Of a DNA stretch of 64,000 nucleotides, positions 27,950 to 38,222 are shown one piece after another. Positions within the stretch are counted from its first letter, which is position 1. Each line of letters opens with the position of its first letter. Position numbers and translations under genes: made by a program. The stretch is from an uncultured archaeon (GTDB taxonomy: Archaea > Thermoproteota > Nitrososphaeria > Nitrososphaerales > Gagatemarchaeaceae): NCBI GenBank assembly GCA_963817525.1, contig CAWFOU010000001.1, positions 1,088,001-1,152,000 of the forward strand, written 5' to 3'. The notes under the pieces are model-generated. The model made no database searches, was not told the DNA's origin, and saw only the letters and a list, made by a program, of their open reading frames with translations.

Positions 27950-29449
27950 CTAGCTTCTCACCTCTCGTTTCAGATAGGGGCGCACTTCGCCGCGGAGGCT
28001 GGTAGTTGATTCATTGAGCTTGTTCTCTTTCTCTTTGAGCCAATTGTGTAGTGTTTGTATGTCTTTCTTGTCCTGCACCATCTGTCGCGTCGTGAACTTT
28101 GGGTTCGCTCCGCCGGCGCTTCCGATAAGCGTCAGGGTTTTGAGTGCATCGAGAACCGCCCGGAGACGGGCCTTATCAATCTTTATCGCCCGGCCCGTGA
28201 TTTTCTTGGAGACACCTTCGAGAGACTGCTCGGCGGCCTGCTCGAGGCTCATGTCCTTCTCGAGCGCGACGCGCACGATCTCTCCCACTATCTGGTGCGC
28301 CTGGCGGAAGGGGACCCCGTGGGCGCGTACGAGCTCGTTGGCCAGCTCTGTCGCGGTGGACATGTCGCCCTTGAAGGCCTCCTTCAGCACGTCCGCTCTG
28401 AACTTCGCGGTCGAGAGCATCCCCGCCATGTGGGAGACCGAGGACGTGGCGTCGTCGAGCGCGCGCCAAAGGTGCGGGGTCATCTCCTGGAGGTCGAGGT
28501 TGTAGGCGTTGGGCAGGCCCTTCGCGATGGTGAACGCCGCGGTCGCCTCGCCTATGACCGACCCTGACTTTGCGCGGATCGTCTCGGCGACGACCGGGTT
28601 CTTCTTCTGGGGCATTATGCTGCTCGTGGCTGAGTACTCGTCCCCGAGCTCGACGAAGCCGAACTCGGTCGAGCTCCACAGGATGAGCTCCTCAGCGATC
28701 TTGCTCAGGTCGACCATGAGGATCTCCAAGACCGCGAGGGTCTCCAGGAGGAAGCTCCGCGATGAGACAGCGAACATGGAGTTCTTGATGAGGCCGTCGA
28801 ACCCGAGAAGGGTCGCGACAGAGGCCCTGTCCACCTTTACCGAGGTCCCCACGAGGGCGGCGGCGCCCATGGGAGAGAGGTTCACGCGCCCGTAGAGCTG
28901 CTCGAGGCGCTCCGCGTCCTCGGAGAGGGCCTCGAAGTGCGACTGCATGTGGTGGGCGACCGTCGTCGGCTGGGCGCGCTGGAGGTGAGTGTACCCGGGG
29001 AGAGGCAGCTGGCCGTAGCGGGCCATTACCCGCACCAGCGAGGCCTGCAGGCCCTTCACCTCCCGCAGCATCCGGAGCACGCCGTCGCGGGTCTCCATGC
29101 GGAGTGCGGTCGCGACCTGGTCGTTCCTGCTCTTCCCCAGGTTGAGGTAGCCCGCGGCCTCCATCCCGATCGAGGCTATGGCCTCCTGCTCGAGCCAGTG
29201 GTGGACGTCCTCCGTCGAGGGGTCGACCTTCATGCGGCCAGGGAGGCGGTCGAGGAAGAGCAGGCAGGCGGCGCCCTCCTCCTTCCCCACCTCACCCGAG
29301 CGGACGAGGGAGAGCATGTGAGCCTTGTTGATCTCCACGACGTGCCGGCTCAGCGGGCCATCGAAGCCGACCGAGGAGGTGAAGGCGTTGGCCTTCTTGC
29401 TAGACCGCTTTACCCTGCTTCCTCTCAGTATGTTGCTCACGCTTTGCAC
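27950..29449 (-). CDS. argH: Argininosuccinate lyase
   Basis: KSRNDQVAT, PGYTHLQRAQP, SSIMPQKKNP. Confidence 0.95.
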   Translation of the reverse strand: MQSVSNILRGSRVKRSSKKANAFTSSVGFDGPLSRHVVEINKAHMLSLVRSGEVGKEEGAACLLFLDRLPGRMKVDPSTEDVHHWLEQEAIASIGMEAAGYLNLGKSRNDQVATALRMETRDGVLRMLREVKGLQASLVRVMARYGQLPLPGYTHLQRAQPTTVAHHMQSHFEALSEDAERLEQLYGRVNLSPMGAAALVGTSVKVDRASVATLLGFDGLIKNSMFAVSSRSFLLETLAVLEILMVDLSKIAEELILWSSTEFGFVELGDEYSATSSIMPQKKNPVVAETIRAKSGSVIGEATAAFTIAKGLPNAYNLDLQEMTPHLWRALDDATSSVSHMAGMLSTAKFRADVLKEAFKGDMSTATELANELVRAHGVPFRQAHQIVGEIVRVALEKDMSLEQAAEQSLEGVSKKITGRAIKIDKARLRAVLDALKTLTLIGSAGGANPKFTTRQMVQDKKDIQTLHNWLKEKENKLNESTTSLRGEVRPYLKREVRS

Positions 29450-30653
29450 TCCCCTTGCCGCCCTTCGATGAGATCGCGTTGGCCGCTGTGCGAGATTGAA
29501 GGCCCCAGAGCTCGATGAACCCCACCGCGGAGTTCTGGTCGAAGGTCGACCCGCTCGAGTAGGTCGAGAGCTTCAGCCGGTAGAGGGAGTTCGGCGACGA
29601 CCTTCCCACCACCCTCATCCCGCCCTTGTGGAACTTGAGCCTCACCTTTCCCGAGACCCTCCCCTGGGTGGTCTCGATGAAGCTGTCGAGGTCGAACCTG
29701 AGGGGCTCCATCCAGAGCCCTGAGTAGACGAGCCACGACCACTCACGCTCTACCGAGGCCTTGAACGCGAGCTCGTTCCTCGTTAGCACCAGCTGCTCGA
29801 GGTCCCTGTGTGCCTCGATTATGGCCAGGGCGCCAGGGCACTCGTATACCTCGCGCGACTTTATCCCGACGAGGCGGTCCTCTATGTGGTCGACGATCCC
29901 GAAGGCGTGCTTCCCGGCGAACTCGTTGACCTGGCGTATCAGCTCGATGCCGTCCAGCTTGCGCCCCCCCAGCGAGACGGGGACCCCTCCTTCGAAGCCT
30001 ACCTCCAGGTAGCCGGGCGAGTCCGGCGACTCGTCGACCGGGGCGACCCACTCGAAGGCCTCGGCGGGAGGCTCGGAGTCGGGGTCCTCGAGAGGCCCGC
30101 TCTCGATGGACCTCCCCCAGAGGTTCTGGTCGGTGCTGAAGACCGACTTTTTCGGCTTGATGTTTATCCCGTGCTCCTTGGCGTACTCCATCTCCTTGTC
30201 CCGGCTCATGTTCCATTCCCGGACGGGCGCGATCACCTTGATGTCCGGGTTGAGGGAGCGCACAGTGACGTCCATCCTCACCTGGTCGTTCCCCTTCCCG
30301 GTGCACCCGTGGGCGACAGCGTACGCGCCCTCCCTCTCGGCCACCTCGACGAGCATCGTCGCTATGAGCGGCCGCCCGAGAGCGGTCGCTAGCGGGTACT
30401 TCCCCTGATACATCCCGTTGGCCTTTACCGAGGGGTAGACGTAGTCCGTCACGAACTCCTCCCTCGCGTCCATCTGGAAGTGCTTGATGGCGCCGGTGGA
30501 GTACGCCCTCTCCGCTATCTCCCGGAAGTCCTCGCGCTGGCCAAGGTTGAGCGTGAGCGTGATCACGTCGGCGTCGAACTTCTCCTGTAGCCACTTTATC
30601 GAGACGGAGGTGTCCAGCCCGCCCGAATAGGCCAACACTATCTTCTGCTTCAA
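29400..30653 (-). CDS. argG: Argininosuccinate synthase
   Basis: LAYSGGLDTS, HGCTGKGNDQVR, GIKSREVYE; TTG start at 30653. Confidence 0.95.
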   Translation of the reverse strand: MKQKIVLAYSGGLDTSVSIKWLQEKFDADVITLTLNLGQREDFREIAERAYSTGAIKHFQMDAREEFVTDYVYPSVKANGMYQGKYPLATALGRPLIATMLVEVAEREGAYAVAHGCTGKGNDQVRMDVTVRSLNPDIKVIAPVREWNMSRDKEMEYAKEHGINIKPKKSVFSTDQNLWGRSIESGPLEDPDSEPPAEAFEWVAPVDESPDSPGYLEVGFEGGVPVSLGGRKLDGIELIRQVNEFAGKHAFGIVDHIEDRLVGIKSREVYECPGALAIIEAHRDLEQLVLTRNELAFKASVEREWSWLVYSGLWMEPLRFDLDSFIETTQGRVSGKVRLKFHKGGMRVVGRSSPNSLYRLKLSTYSSGSTFDQNSAVGFIELWGLQSRTAANAISSKGGKGSAKREQHTERKQGKAV

Positions 30654-30693
30654 TCGCGATTTTCCGACCCGACCTGAAATCCTTTTATAGATT

Positions 30694-31422
30694 TTGGCCA
30701 GCAACGTCCCAAAACAGGAGGCTTTTGACACGAAATCGGTCAACCCGGGTGCTATAATCGACGCGGTGAGGGAGGAGATCAGCTACGACCTCTCCATACA
30801 GGACGCCCTCGCCAGGGACTACGCTAACATCAGCGCCATCTCAAGGATGCTCCGGCCCAGGATCAAGGAAAGGCTGGGGAGGGACGTCAACTCGGAGAGC
30901 ATAATCACCTCCCTCAAGAGGCTCAAGGGGTCCTACTCTCCGGCCTCGGGCGAGATCAGGTCGATAATCGCCGAGAGCGTGGTGAACGTTAGGACGAACG
31001 TCTCCAAGATCTCTGTGGAGAAGACGAGGAAGACCCTCGAGGCTGTCAGCTCCCTCATAGCGAGCCACCAGCAGGACTTCCTCCACGTCTCGGAGAGCAT
31101 ATCCAACATCACGCTCATCTTCGACCAGAAGCTGCACAAGAAGGTCCGGAGCAAGCTCGGCGACGCCGCTATCCTCGAGGAAGGGGACGACTACGCCGCG
31201 ATAATCGTCCAGAGCCCCGTCGAGATAACGAACACGCCAGGATGCCTCATCAACTTCTACAACCAGATCGCGCGGAGGCACGTCAACATAGAGGACACCG
31301 TGAGCTGCCACACCGACACAATCATAGTAGTGAAGATGAAGGAGGTCGGCAAGGCGTTCACCTCCCTGACCGACCTCATCTCCGAGGAGAGGAAGAGGAT
31401 AGAGACTAGCGGGCGAGCGTGA
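30694..31422 (+). CDS. Archaeal ACT-domain putative regulator of amino-acid metabolism
   Basis: N-terminal helical domain (YANISAISR) plus ACT-like C-terminus (TPGC...INIED); divergent from argG. Confidence 0.7.
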   Translation: MASNVPKQEAFDTKSVNPGAIIDAVREEISYDLSIQDALARDYANISAISRMLRPRIKERLGRDVNSESIITSLKRLKGSYSPASGEIRSIIAESVVNVRTNVSKISVEKTRKTLEAVSSLIASHQQDFLHVSESISNITLIFDQKLHKKVRSKLGDAAILEEGDDYAAIIVQSPVEITNTPGCLINFYNQIARRHVNIEDTVSCHTDTIIVVKMKEVGKAFTSLTDLISEERKRIETSGRA

Positions 31423-31515
31423 CTTTGGTATTCGGCCACGATTTCGCCGCGATGCTCTGAATCTGGTCAAAGAGTTTAAAAAAGGAACGGGCGGAACTTT
31501 TCTTCTTTAAGAGAC

Positions 31516-32694
31516 GTGATGGAAAAGCCCGAGGGCAGCAGGCCCGCAGTTCTGCTTCTGGAGGACGGGACCCTTATCCTCGGGAAGGGCTTCGGGGCCG
31601 AGGCCACCGTGGTCGGGGAGCTCGTCTTCAACACCGGGATGGTGGGCTATCCCGAGTCCATGACCGACCCATCGTACGCCGGCCAGATCCTTTGCTTCAC
31701 CTACCCCCTGATTGGGAACTACGGCGTCCCCTCGGCCCAGGAGAGGGACGTCTTCGGGCTGCCCAGGTACTTCGAGTCGGGCGGCATCAAGGTCACGGGC
31801 CTGGTGGTCCAGGAGCAGTGCGAAAGGCCCAGCCACTGGGCGTCGGTCCAGACCCTCTCGAGATGGATGGCAGACCAGGGCGTCCCAGGGATAGAGGGGG
31901 TCGACACGCGCGCCCTGGTCTCGACGATAAGGGAGCGGGGCGTGATGATGTGCGCCCTGGCGAACGGTCCGGACGTGGCGAACAGGCGGGAGCTGAGGAG
32001 GCTCCTGGAAAAGTCGGCCAGGTACGACTCAGTCGACTATGTGAAGCGGGTGTCGGTGAAGAGCGCCGAGACTTACGGCGTCTCGGACAAGAGGGTCGTG
32101 GTCATCGACTGCGGCGCGAAGGAGAGCATCATCAGGAACATGCTGGGAAGGGGGTACGCGGTCGTGAGGATGCCCTTCGACTCGTCGTACGCCGACGTGA
32201 TGAAGCACGACCCGTCTGGTGTGATCGTCAGCAACGGCCCGGGCGACCCGCGGCTCTGCGTCGAGACGGTCAAGACAACGGCGAGGCTCGTCGACTCTGA
32301 GGTGCCAGTCCTCGGGATATGCCTCGGAGAGCAGGTCCTCGGGATGTCCCAGGGGGCGGAGACTTACAAACTGAAGTACGGCCACAGGGGCCAGAACAAG
32401 CCTGTCGTCGACCTCGTCTCCGGGAGGGGGTACGTCACGAGCCAGAACCACGGCTACGCGGTCGACCCCGAGACCCTCCCCAAGACGGAGCTGAGCCCCT
32501 GGTTCGTCAACGCGGACGACAAGAGCGTGGAGGGCCTCCTCCACGCGACCAAGCCGTGCGTCGCAGTCCAGTTCCACCCCGAGGCGGCGCCGGGCCCGTA
32601 CGACACCGAGTTCGTCTTCGACAGCTTCGCGGGGATGATGCTGTCCCAGAAGAAGAGCGTGGTAGGTGAGAGAGTTCGAAACATGAAAGCGTGA
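31516..32694 (+). CDS. carA: Carbamoyl-phosphate synthase small subunit
   Basis: GELVFNTGMVGY, SNGPGDP, GICLG, QNHG, QFHPE. Confidence 0.96.
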   Translation: MMEKPEGSRPAVLLLEDGTLILGKGFGAEATVVGELVFNTGMVGYPESMTDPSYAGQILCFTYPLIGNYGVPSAQERDVFGLPRYFESGGIKVTGLVVQEQCERPSHWASVQTLSRWMADQGVPGIEGVDTRALVSTIRERGVMMCALANGPDVANRRELRRLLEKSARYDSVDYVKRVSVKSAETYGVSDKRVVVIDCGAKESIIRNMLGRGYAVVRMPFDSSYADVMKHDPSGVIVSNGPGDPRLCVETVKTTARLVDSEVPVLGICLGEQVLGMSQGAETYKLKYGHRGQNKPVVDLVSGRGYVTSQNHGYAVDPETLPKTELSPWFVNADDKSVEGLLHATKPCVAVQFHPEAAPGPYDTEFVFDSFAGMMLSQKKSVVGERVRNMKA

Positions 32695-35600
32695 AGAGTG
32701 CGCTGGTCCTCGGAAGCGGGGCAATAAAGATCGGAGAAGCAGGTGAAAGCCGCTAGGCGGCCGCCAGTTCGACTACTCCGGTTCTCAATGCCTCAAGGCG
32801 CTTCGCGAGGAGGGGATACGCTCCATACTGGTCAACCCGAACATCGCGACAATCCAGACCGACGAGAGGATGGCGGACAAGATCCACTTCCTCCCGGTCA
32901 ACCCTGAGTTCGTGACTGACGTCATCGAGAAGGAGCGGCCCGAGGCTATACTCCTCGGGTTCGGGGGACAGACTGCCCTCAACTGCGGGGTGAACCTCTC
33001 CCGGATGGATGTGCTGTCAAAGTACGGGGTGAAGGTGCTCGGGACCCCGGTGAGGGGGATCGAGGTCACCGAGGACCGCCAGCTCTTCAAGGACACCATG
33101 CTCGAGATCGGGATAGCCTGCCCGAGGAGCAAGCCCGCCTACTCCATCGCGGAGGCTCACGAGGTCGTCAAGGAGATAGGCTACCCCGTGATAATGAGGG
33201 TCGCGTACACGCTCGGCGGCCGCGGCGGTGGAGTCGCAAGGAACGACAGGGAGCTCGACGAGATCGTCCAGAGGGGGCTCAACCTCAGCATGGCGCGCCA
33301 GGTGCTGATCGAGGAGTATATCGGCCACTGGAAGCAGATAGAGTACGAGGTGATGCGGGACGCGGACGACAACGGGCAGATAGTCTGCAACATGGAGAAC
33401 GTCCTGAGCATGAGGGTGCACACCGGGGACAACATCGTGGTCGCCCCCTCGCAGACGATATCCAACCGGGAGTACCACATGCTCCGGTCGCTCTCCCTCA
33501 AGGCGGCGAGGAGGTGCGGGATAGTGGGCGAGTGCAACATGCAGTTCGCCCTCGAGCCCGAGTCCGAGACATACCGCGCCATCGAGATCAACGCCCGCCT
33601 CTCGAGGTCTTCCGCGCTCGCGTCCAAGGCGACGGGCTACCCCATCGCGTACATCGCGGCCAAGATCTGCCTGGGTTACTCCCTGACGGAGCTGAAGAAC
33701 AAGGTCACGGGGGTGACCACGGCGATGTTCGAGCCCTCGCTCGACTACTGCGTCCTGAAGATGCCCCGGTGGGACACCAAGAAGTTCGAGGGCGCGTCGA
33801 GGGGGATAGGGACGGCGATGAAGTCGATAGGGGAGGTGATGGCGATAGGCAGGGGCTTCGAGGAGGCGGTGCAGAAGGCGTCGAGGATGCTCAACATCAG
33901 GTACGACGGCGTGATAAGGCGCCTGCTCGAGGAGGACGACGTAGAGGTCCTGAAGGCCAGGCTCAGGAACCCCACCGACCAGATAATCTTCGACGTCGTG
34001 GAGGCCCTGATGGTCGGGATACCCGAGGACGAGGTGGCGAGGCTCAGCGTCATCGACCCGTGGTTCGTCAGCAAGCTGAAGAAGATCGTGGACGCCTACC
34101 GGAAGGTGGAGCTCAGCGGGAGGGAGGGCGTCGACCGCGACCCGGAGGTCCTCCTGGAGGCGAAGAGGCTCGGGTTCTCGGACAAGCAGATAGCGAACGC
34201 GGTCGACATCGACGAGGACGACGTGCGCGCGATGCGCGAGAGGATGGGGATAGTCCCGAAGGTCAAGGCGATAGACACGCTCGCCGCGGAGTGGCCGGCG
34301 CGTACCAACTACCTCTACGTGACCTACAACGCCTCGACCGACGACGCCAAGCCGACCGACAAGAGGAAGATCATGGTCCTCGGCGCGGGACCCTACAGGA
34401 TCGGGAGCTCCGTGGAGTTCGACTGGGGGACGATGAACATGGCGTGGGCGTTGAAGGAGAGCGGGAAGGTCGACGAGATAATCGTGGTGAACTGCAACCC
34501 CGAGACGGTGTCCACGGACTTTGACATGAGCGACAGGCTCTACTTCGAGGAGCTGACCGCGGAGCGGGTGCTCTCCATCTACGAGAGGGAGAAGCCGATG
34601 GGCGCGGTCCTTTGCGTGGGCGGGCAGACCCCCAACGACCTCGCCCTCGAGCTCGACAAGAAGGGCGTCAACGTGATGGGGACGAGCGCCGAGTCCATCG
34701 AGAGGGCGGAGGACAGGGAGAGGTTCGCGTTCCTCCTCGACAAGATAGGCATACCCCAGCCCGCGTGGGGGAGCTTCAGGTCGATGAAGCAGGCCCGCCA
34801 GTTCTGCGACAAGGTCGGGTACCCGGTCATCGTGAGGCCGTCGCACGTCCTCAGCGGGTCGGCGATGAGGGTCATCTGGGGCAGCAGGGAGCTCGAGAGC
34901 TTCCTCGCAAAGGCCGCGGAGGTCAACCCCAACTACCCGGTGACGATAAGCAAGTTCCTCGAGGACGCGAAGGAGGTGGAGGTGGACGGCGTCTCCGACG
35001 GGGAGACCACGGTCATCGGCGCCATAATGGAGCACGTCCAGAAGGCGGGCGTCCACTCGGGGGACGCGATAATGACCATCCCGACGGTCTCGGTGAGCGA
35101 GGCAGCGAAGGCGAAGATACGCGACTACACGCGCGCGATCGCGAAGGAGCTGGGCGTCAAGGGGCCGTTCAACATCCAGTACCTGTGCGTCAAGGACGAC
35201 GTCGAGGTGATAGAGTGCAACCTCCGCGCGTCGAGGTCCCTGCCGTTCGTCTCCAAGGCGACGGGGGCGAACCTCATCAAGCTCGCCGCGAACGTCATCC
35301 TCGGCGGGACGCTGGAGGGGATGGGCGACGTCCCCGAGCCCAAGCAGTTCGCGGTCAAGGCGCCACAGTTCTCGTTCATGCAGATGGAGGGGGCTGAGCC
35401 CACGGTGGGGGTGGAGATGCGCTCCACCGGGGAGGTCGCGTGCTTCGGCAAGACCCTAGCCGAGGCGATGAGCAGGGCACTGATAGCCTCGGGGCTCAAG
35501 ATACCGTCCAAGGGGGGGACGGGGATAATCCTGGCCGACGAGGACTCCGACCTGGGCGAGGCGAAGGCCCTGATAGAGGGTTTCAAGAGGGCTGGGATAG

Positions 35601-35860
35601 GGTTCGTCACTACCGAGTCGCTCGTCCCGACCCTCAGGGACGCGGCCAAGGTCGCGACCGTGGAGGCCATGCTCGAGATGATCAGCAAGGGCGAGGCGGC
35701 CTTGGTCCTCTCGCTCAACACGAACCTCAACAAGGTGAGGAAGGACCTCTACAAGGTCAGGCGCAAGGCGGTCGAGCTCCAAGTGCCGTTCCTGACCACG
35801 GTGGAGGAGGGAGAGGCGGTCCTCCTCTGCGTCCGCTCCCCGTTGAAGACGCTCAGCTGA
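32691..35860 (+). CDS. carB: Carbamoyl-phosphate synthase large subunit, join(32691..32747,32768..35860)
   Basis: Exon 1 VKSALVLGSGAIKIGEAGE plus exon 2 FDYSGSQCLKALREEG...; GTG overlaps carA stop; two ATP-grasp halves. Confidence 0.93.
32748..32767 (+). other. Putative 20-nt bulge-helix-bulge (tRNA-type) intron in carB mRNA
   Basis: GGUG/CGCC 4-bp helix, AAA and AGU 3-nt bulges, inner stem GCCGC-UAG-GCGGC; cleavage after bulge nt 2 yields GGU GAA/UUC GAC. Confidence 0.88.
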
Positions 35861-35862
35861 CT

Positions 35863-37146
35863 TCAGGCCTTGCTCAGGCGGGCGAGCAGCCCGTCGATGG
35901 GGACCCTCTCCTCGGCCCTGCTCCTCATGTCCCTCAGGACTAGCTGGCCGGTCTCCAGCTCACGCTTGCCGACGATGACCACCCACGCGAAGCCCCTCGC
36001 GCTGGCGTCCTCGAGCTGCTTCCCCAGGCTCTTGCCCTTCGTCCCGAGCTCGCTGCGTATCCCTCCCCTCCTCAGGGAGGCGACCGTGGAGAGCGCCTTC
36101 TCGGCGAGGGCGGCCTCCGTGTAGGCGACGTACACCGAGGTCTCGAGGTTCGCGCCGCCCGCCATGCGCCCCATCGACAGGGCGATCCTTTCGACCCCTC
36201 CCGCCGCACCCGTGGCGGGGAGGTCTGGCCTACCGAAGAGCTTCGGGAGGACGTCGTAGCGCCCTCCGCCGCAGAGTGAGCCGAGGTCAGGGTGCCTCCT
36301 GTCTACGACCTCGAAGACGATGCCGGTGTAATAGTCGAGCCCCCTCACTATGCTCAGGTTGTACTCGGCGCTCTGTATGCCCCTCGACCTGAGCGAGTCC
36401 CTCAGCGCGAGGAGCCCGCCGTCCCCGGAGGAGGCCAGCCCCAGCTCCTCGAGGCGCGAGCAGACCATGTCGGGGGAGCCCCTCGTCCTCCCGAACTTCA
36501 GGAGCTCAGAGAGAGACTCCCGGCTCACCCCTTTACGCGAGTACTCCTCGACCAGCTCCTCCTCGGTCTTCTTCTGGACCTTGTCGAGGGCCCTCATCAT
36601 CTCGATCATCTTGTCGTCCGAGGAGACGCCCATCGACTTGCTGATGTAGTCCTCGACGACGCGACGGTCTCCCACCTCGAGGGAGAAGTCCTGGAGCCCG
36701 ACCTTCCTGAAGAGGTTGTAGCACAGGTCCATCACCTCCGCGTCGGCCTCGACGCTCTGGTCGCCGAATATCTCGACGTCCCACTGGTAGAACCACCTGT
36801 ATCTCGCGTGCTGGGGCTCGTCGTATCTCCAGACCCCGCCGTAGGAGGCGAGCTTTATCGGCGGCTTAAGGCCCTTCTTCGAGGAGACGTTGCGCGTCAT
36901 CCCCACCGTGAGGTCGAATCGCAGCCCTATGTCCCGGTCGGCCTTGTCCTTGAAAGCGTAGATCTGCTCGTCGACCTGGCTCCCGCTTTTGGCCCTAAGC
37001 ACCGAGAGGCTCTCGAGGGGGCCGGGCTCCATCAGCTTGAAGTTGTAGGCGCGCGCGACCTCCTCGAAGGCCCGCCTGACCTTGAGGTGCAGGTCGAACT
37101 CTTCCGGCTCGATGTCCCGTATCCCGCGAGGCTGGGACAGGTCCAT
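35863..37146 (-). CDS. hisS: Histidine--tRNA ligase
   Basis: PRGIRD, LRFDLT, RYDEPQ, RGLDYYTG, GGGRYD. Confidence 0.96.
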   Translation of the reverse strand: MDLSQPRGIRDIEPEEFDLHLKVRRAFEEVARAYNFKLMEPGPLESLSVLRAKSGSQVDEQIYAFKDKADRDIGLRFDLTVGMTRNVSSKKGLKPPIKLASYGGVWRYDEPQHARYRWFYQWDVEIFGDQSVEADAEVMDLCYNLFRKVGLQDFSLEVGDRRVVEDYISKSMGVSSDDKMIEMMRALDKVQKKTEEELVEEYSRKGVSRESLSELLKFGRTRGSPDMVCSRLEELGLASSGDGGLLALRDSLRSRGIQSAEYNLSIVRGLDYYTGIVFEVVDRRHPDLGSLCGGGRYDVLPKLFGRPDLPATGAAGGVERIALSMGRMAGGANLETSVYVAYTEAALAEKALSTVASLRRGGIRSELGTKGKSLGKQLEDASARGFAWVVIVGKRELETGQLVLRDMRSRAEERVPIDGLLARLSKA

Positions 37147-38121
37147 CTAGCTCGCCCCGGCGCCTGTGCGGAGCGCGGCCAGCTCGGCGAGGAGAGCGGT
37201 GAGCTGGATCTCCGGGTTGGCGCCCATCGCGAGGCGGTAGTCGTACTCTGCGAGTATCTTGATCGCCTCGGCGGTCTTCGCCCCCTCCCCCTTTGCGATC
37301 TCTTCGTTCGCGAAGCGGAGGAAGTCGGACTCCGGGATGCCGTAGACCCGGGTGAGCTCGACCAGCTTGAGCCTCGCCGCCCCAAAGTCACCCCCCAGGG
37401 CGAGCTTGACTATCTCCGCCGCGCGCTCCTTCACGCTGGTCCCCGTCGCGGCGTTCACCTTGTCGAGCGTCACCTCGGCGCCGCCGGCCGCCGCGGCCTG
37501 GAGGAGGTTGATCCCCTGCCTCAGGTCTCCGTCGACCGCCTCGCTTATCGCCTCCAGGACCTTCTCTGTCGCCTTCACGTCCTCGTTCTTCGCGATCTTC
37601 TTGAGGCGCGCCGTGAGCTCGTCCCGGCCTATCTTCTTGAAGCGGAAGATGGCGCACCTGCTCTGGATAGGCTCGATGATGTTAGAGGAGTAGTTGCATA
37701 TGAGGATGAATCGCGTTACCCTGGAGGTCTCCTCCATTATCCGCCTGAGCGCAGTCTGCGCATCGCGCGTCAGCTCGTCCGCTTCGTCTAGGATGACCAG
37801 CCTGAAGGGGACGCCCTCGCGCCTGTCCGAGTAGCTCGCGAACGTCTTTATGCGGTCGCGGACGGCGTCGATCCCCCTCTCGTCGCTAGCGTTGAGTTGG
37901 AGGGAGTAATCGTTGACGAGGTCGCCGAGCAATTCCCTCGCGATCACGAGGGCGGTCGTCGTCTTGCCAGAACCGGGAGGGCCCGCGAAGAGGAGGTGCG
38001 GGAGCTCGCCCTTCTTCTCGAGGAGGGGTTTCAGTCGCTCCTTGACCTCCTCCTGGTTGACGACGTCGTCGAGCTTGTGGGGCCTGTATCTCTCCACCCA
38101 CATCAATGACTCGAGCGACAT
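37147..38121 (-). CDS. rfcS: Replication factor C small subunit
   Basis: WVERYRP, GPPGSGKTT, LNASDERG, DEAD, IQSRC. Confidence 0.96.
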   Translation of the reverse strand: MSLESLMWVERYRPHKLDDVVNQEEVKERLKPLLEKKGELPHLLFAGPPGSGKTTTALVIARELLGDLVNDYSLQLNASDERGIDAVRDRIKTFASYSDRREGVPFRLVILDEADELTRDAQTALRRIMEETSRVTRFILICNYSSNIIEPIQSRCAIFRFKKIGRDELTARLKKIAKNEDVKATEKVLEAISEAVDGDLRQGINLLQAAAAGGAEVTLDKVNAATGTSVKERAAEIVKLALGGDFGAARLKLVELTRVYGIPESDFLRFANEEIAKGEGAKTAEAIKILAEYDYRLAMGANPEIQLTALLAELAALRTGAGAS

Positions 38122-38222
38122 CTGTCAGGGTGCAGCTCCGGAGGTCATCACTAATAATCCGGCGGAGCCTTTTGAGTATATATCTGTCTTGGGAATGGGA
38201 TGGGAGAGGAAGGACAAGACCC

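Noticed and set aside
32870-35860. ORF-track CarB start at ATG 32870, or carB as a simple pseudogene
   Set aside because: That start omits 53 conserved N-terminal residues present upstream. The rest of the gene is intact, and the insert fits BHB cleavage to the nucleotide.
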